NCBI GenBank assembly: GCA_963727775.1
Contig: CAVSHB010000003.1
Location: forward strand, 526,002 to 590,001
Direction: 5' to 3'
DNA: 64,000 nucleotides
DNA from: an uncultured Nitrospiraceae bacterium
GTDB lineage: Bacteria; Nitrospirota; Thermodesulfovibrionia; Thermodesulfovibrionales; SM23-35
The position numbers and the translations under genes were made by a program. This document shows positions 61,124 through 64,000 of the stretch, piece after piece (the first letter of the stretch is position 1; each line of letters opens with the position of its first letter). The notes beneath the pieces were generated by a model that made no database searches, was not told the DNA's origin, and was given only the letters and a program-made list of their open reading frames with translations.

Positions 61124-62835
61124 ATGCAAAGACAGCAATGAACTATAACCCTCGGAATCCCCTTATAATCCAGTCCGACATGACCATGCTGCTCGAAGTG
61201 GATTCGCCTCTTTATGAGGAGGTGAGAGACGCCATTGCCCCGTTTGCAGAGATCATAAAAAGCCCCGAGCACGTCCACACGTATCGCATCAACCCTATAT
61301 CCCTCTGGAATGCCGCTTCTTCAGGCGTCAACCCTGATGACGTCAGGGGAAGGCTCATCCGTTACAGCAGGTACGAGGTCCCTCATAACCTCCTTGTTGA
61401 AATCAGGGATATAATGGGCAGGTTCGGGAAGGTAAGGATCGAAGGGCATGATGAAGCCATGCTTAAGCTCGTCGCTGAAGACCCGCTCCTGATGGAACAG
61501 CTTTATCATACGGAGCATGTGAGAAATCTCCTTTTTGAAAGGATCGGCCCTGAGTCTGCCGTTTTTACTTCCGTCAATCGCGGCCTCATAAAACAGGCAT
61601 TGATCAAGGCAGGCTATCCGGCGGTAGATATTGCCGGTTATTCTGAGGGTCTTCCCCTCGACATTTCCCTGAGAGAAAACGACTTATTCAAAATCAGACC
61701 ATATCAAGTCATGGCGCGTGACGCATTTTACAAAGGCGGTTCTGCCCTTGGCGGCAACGGGGTAGTGGTCCTGCCGTGCGGGGCGGGAAAAACGGTCGTG
61801 GGCATAACTGTTATGGAGATGATCAAATCTCATTCACTGATACTCACCACCGGAATCACAGCGGTCAGACAGTGGAAGAGGGAACTTGTCGATAAGACAG
61901 GCATAAGTCCTGAGGACATTGGTGAGTATAGCGGCGAGGTGAAAGAGATCCGCCCGGTGACTCTAACAACATACCAGATATTGACCCACAGGAAAAGCCG
62001 TGAGCATGATTTCACACATTTCCGTGCTGTAAATGATCATCCGTGGGGGTTATTGATCTATGACGAAGTACACCTTCTGCCAGCCCAGGTTTTCCGGTTT
62101 ACCGCTTCTTTGCAAGCGATAAGGAGGCTCGGCCTGACCGCAACCCTTGTAAGAGAGGACGGTAGAGAGGGCAATGTCTTCTCCCTGATCGGCCCGAAGT
62201 GCTATGATGTTCCCTGGAAAGTGATAGAGAAACAGGGATGGATCGCAGAGGCTGAATGTTTTGAAATAAGGGTAGGGATTACAGGAGACACAAGATTCCA
62301 TTACGCATCCTCTGAAAAAAGACAGCGGTTTCGCATAGCGGCCGAGAATCCGGCGAAGACCCCGGTGATCCATAGGCTCATCTCAATGCATAAAGGCGAC
62401 CGGGTATTGATAATAGGACAATATCTCGAACAGTTGCAGGGAATTGCGGAAAGTATTGGCGCACCGATAATCACCGGGAAAACACCACAGGCCGAGCGTG
62501 AAGCCCTTTATCATCGGTTCAGGGAGGGCAACCTGTCCACGCTTGTGGTCTCCTCGGTCGCCAATTTCGCCATAGACCTGCCTGACGCGTCAGTCGCTGT
62601 CCAAGTATCGGGTAGATTCGGATCACGTCAGGAAGAGGCACAGAGACTCGGAAGGATATTGAGACCGAAATCAGACGGAAGGGGAGCAAGGTTTTATACC
62701 CTTGTGTCGAGGGACACGGATGAACAGGAGTTCGCTCTGAAAAGACAGCTCTTCCTCACGGAACAAGGGTACAGTTACACAATATTTTCCGAGGATGAAA
62801 TCGGTTCTTATCTGAAGGCTGGCCTGGACGTGTAA
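61120..62835 (+). CDS. xpb: XPB/Ssl2/Rad25-family DNA helicase
   Basis: NPLIIQSD..KSPEHVHTY N-terminal domain; LPCGAGKT, DEVH, LTATLVREDG and QRLGRILRPK motifs. Confidence 0.94.
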   Translation: MNAKTAMNYNPRNPLIIQSDMTMLLEVDSPLYEEVRDAIAPFAEIIKSPEHVHTYRINPISLWNAASSGVNPDDVRGRLIRYSRYEVPHNLLVEIRDIMGRFGKVRIEGHDEAMLKLVAEDPLLMEQLYHTEHVRNLLFERIGPESAVFTSVNRGLIKQALIKAGYPAVDIAGYSEGLPLDISLRENDLFKIRPYQVMARDAFYKGGSALGGNGVVVLPCGAGKTVVGITVMEMIKSHSLILTTGITAVRQWKRELVDKTGISPEDIGEYSGEVKEIRPVTLTTYQILTHRKSREHDFTHFRAVNDHPWGLLIYDEVHLLPAQVFRFTASLQAIRRLGLTATLVREDGREGNVFSLIGPKCYDVPWKVIEKQGWIAEAECFEIRVGITGDTRFHYASSEKRQRFRIAAENPAKTPVIHRLISMHKGDRVLIIGQYLEQLQGIAESIGAPIITGKTPQAEREALYHRFREGNLSTLVVSSVANFAIDLPDASVAVQVSGRFGSRQEEAQRLGRILRPKSDGRGARFYTLVSRDTDEQEFALKRQLFLTEQGYSYTIFSEDEIGSYLKAGLDV

Positions 62836-63210
62836 CTCACTGCCAGGCAACGGACCGGACTCTTGTTTTTGCCGTCTGCTCTCTGCGCTTTTTTTCAGCA
62901 GGGTGGGCATATTTCTCTTCACAAAAGAACTTGCCAGTGTAAAGTTCTCCGTTATGCAACCATACGTAACCCTGGTATTCTATGATGATCGGCGTGATCA
63001 ATGATGACTTTCTTGAGGATGGAGTCATTATCGGTATTTTGGAAATATATTTTATTTTCGCTATACCGCAACAGCAGATTGAAGCTTAACCGAAACAAAC
63101 ACAGCCTGCCGTTGTTGAGCGGCTGAGTTCGATGAAAAGGAGTCCTGATTCCCAAAATGGGTGCCGCGTGTGCCCCTCTTTTCTTATACTTGTTCAGTTG
63201 ATAATATCAC

Positions 63211-63239
63211 TTGACAGAGGTTAGCATAATTGCTAACAT
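63211..63239 (+). promoter_or_regulatory. higBA promoter with overlapping palindromic operator
   Basis: TTGACA-N17-TAACAT; palindrome GTTAGCA-TAAT-TGCTAAC. Confidence 0.75.
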
Positions 63240-63246
63240 TAAGAAC

Positions 63247-63577
63247 ATGAAATATACTATCGAGTATTTCCATGCGCGCGTCAAAGACGAGATCGAGAGC
63301 TGGCCCGATGGTATATTGGCTGATTATGCGCGGTTGGTGGAACTTTTGATGGAGTTCGGACCGACTCTGCGCATGCCGCATTCGCGTGCTATGGGCGGAT
63401 CAGGTACTTTTGAACTGCGGCCACGCAGCCGTGAAGGTATCGGACGCGCTTTATACTGTTATATTGACGGTCAACGCATTTTGATACTTCACGCTTTTGT
63501 AAAGAAAACGCAGGAGAATCCGGAGAAAAGAATTACGCCTTGCCCGGATAAGAATGAAGGAGGTACGAAATGGCTGA
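63247..63577 (+). pseudogene. higB: HigB/RelE (Gp49-like) toxin with a +1 indel near the 3' end
   Basis: LRMPHSRAMG..FELR..LHAFVKKTQ. Removing one A at 63526-63529 gives ELRLARIRMKEV. Confidence 0.8.
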
Positions 63578-63927
63578 TTTAAAATACAAACCCGTTTCGC
63601 ATGATCATGAGGCTTTCCTAAAAAAGCCTTGAAACGGAAAGAGTTCAGTAAAGCGTACGAGGATATGGAAGAAGAGTACCGTCTTACCCGAGAGATGCTT
63701 GCCGCTCGTTCCAAGTTCGGTCTCACTCAGGAAGCCGTTGCAGAGTTGATGGGGACGACAAAAAGTGCGGTATCGCGCTTAGAAGCTGCGGGCAAGCATG
63801 CTCCGTCTCTGACTACGCTCAAAAAGTACGCGCGCGCCGTCGGCTGTGGCTTGGAAGTAAGTTGGTTCCCAACGCTCGCCTGACCAAGCGCTCAACACGG
63901 GCCGCCAAAAAGCAGGCGGCCGGTTAG
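63570..63927 (+). pseudogene. higA: HigA XRE antitoxin with indels
   Basis: GLTQEAVAELMGTTKSAVSRLE HTH; frameshift in A6 at 63620-63625 and probably another near 63859. Confidence 0.78.
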
Positions 63928-63940
63928 CTTCGCGTTGCGT
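63878..63940 (+). other. attC-like site after higBA
   Basis: GCCTGAC-CAAGCGCTCAAC-ACGGGCCGCC..GGCGGCCG-GTTAGCTT-CGC-GTTGCGT imperfect palindrome. Confidence 0.6.
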
Positions 63941-64000
63941 TTTCGGTTAAGCTTCAATCTGCAGGTGCGGTGGAGCGAAAAAAGGAAAGATATTTTCGGT

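Noticed and set aside
12136..64000. Complete prophage or self-transmissible ICE
   Set aside because: No capsid, terminase, tail, VirB4 or coupling-protein genes were recognised, and the distal att was not found in the window.

Overview
This 64 kb window is almost entirely accessory DNA built around one tRNA-Arg(CCT) gene (11998-12074, minus strand), which is flanked by two convergent tyrosine integrases. Left of the tRNA is a 5.6 kb integrative element bounded by a 62-bp direct repeat that includes the tRNA 3' half. It carries a gene II/X-type rolling-circle Rep with an origin-like hairpin, a secreted trypsin-like protease, hicBA, xis and int. Further left are a decayed sister copy, an orphan N4-cytosine methyltransferase, a B12/radical SAM gene and an IS1380. 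Right of the tretained tRNA is a larger plasmid/ICE-like island: int, xis, parB, three Replic_Relax-like paralogues, a fused type IIB (Topo VIII-like) topoisomerase, ssb and an IS630. It also holds many toxin-antitoxin pairs and defence candidates (Mrr-like/STAND NTPase, AbiJ/HEPN-like, Schlafen AlbA_2, ImmA/IrrE with DUF4411, type IIG R-M, NERD) and integron-type attC sites with no integron integrase in view. Three items stand out. (1) An exported Met-rich protein/MsrB/MsrA locus is followed by a 99-codon ORF missed by the ORF track, with an in-frame TGA and a SECIS-like hairpin: a candidate selenoprotein. (2) Two identical 184-bp non-autonomous IS200/IS605-type elements are present. (3) A translationally coupled four-gene operon encodes XPB helicase, two XPB-NTD/p52-like partners and a small 4-Cys protein. 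All family assignments come from motif recognition by eye, not from database searches. No CRISPR array or rRNA was seen.
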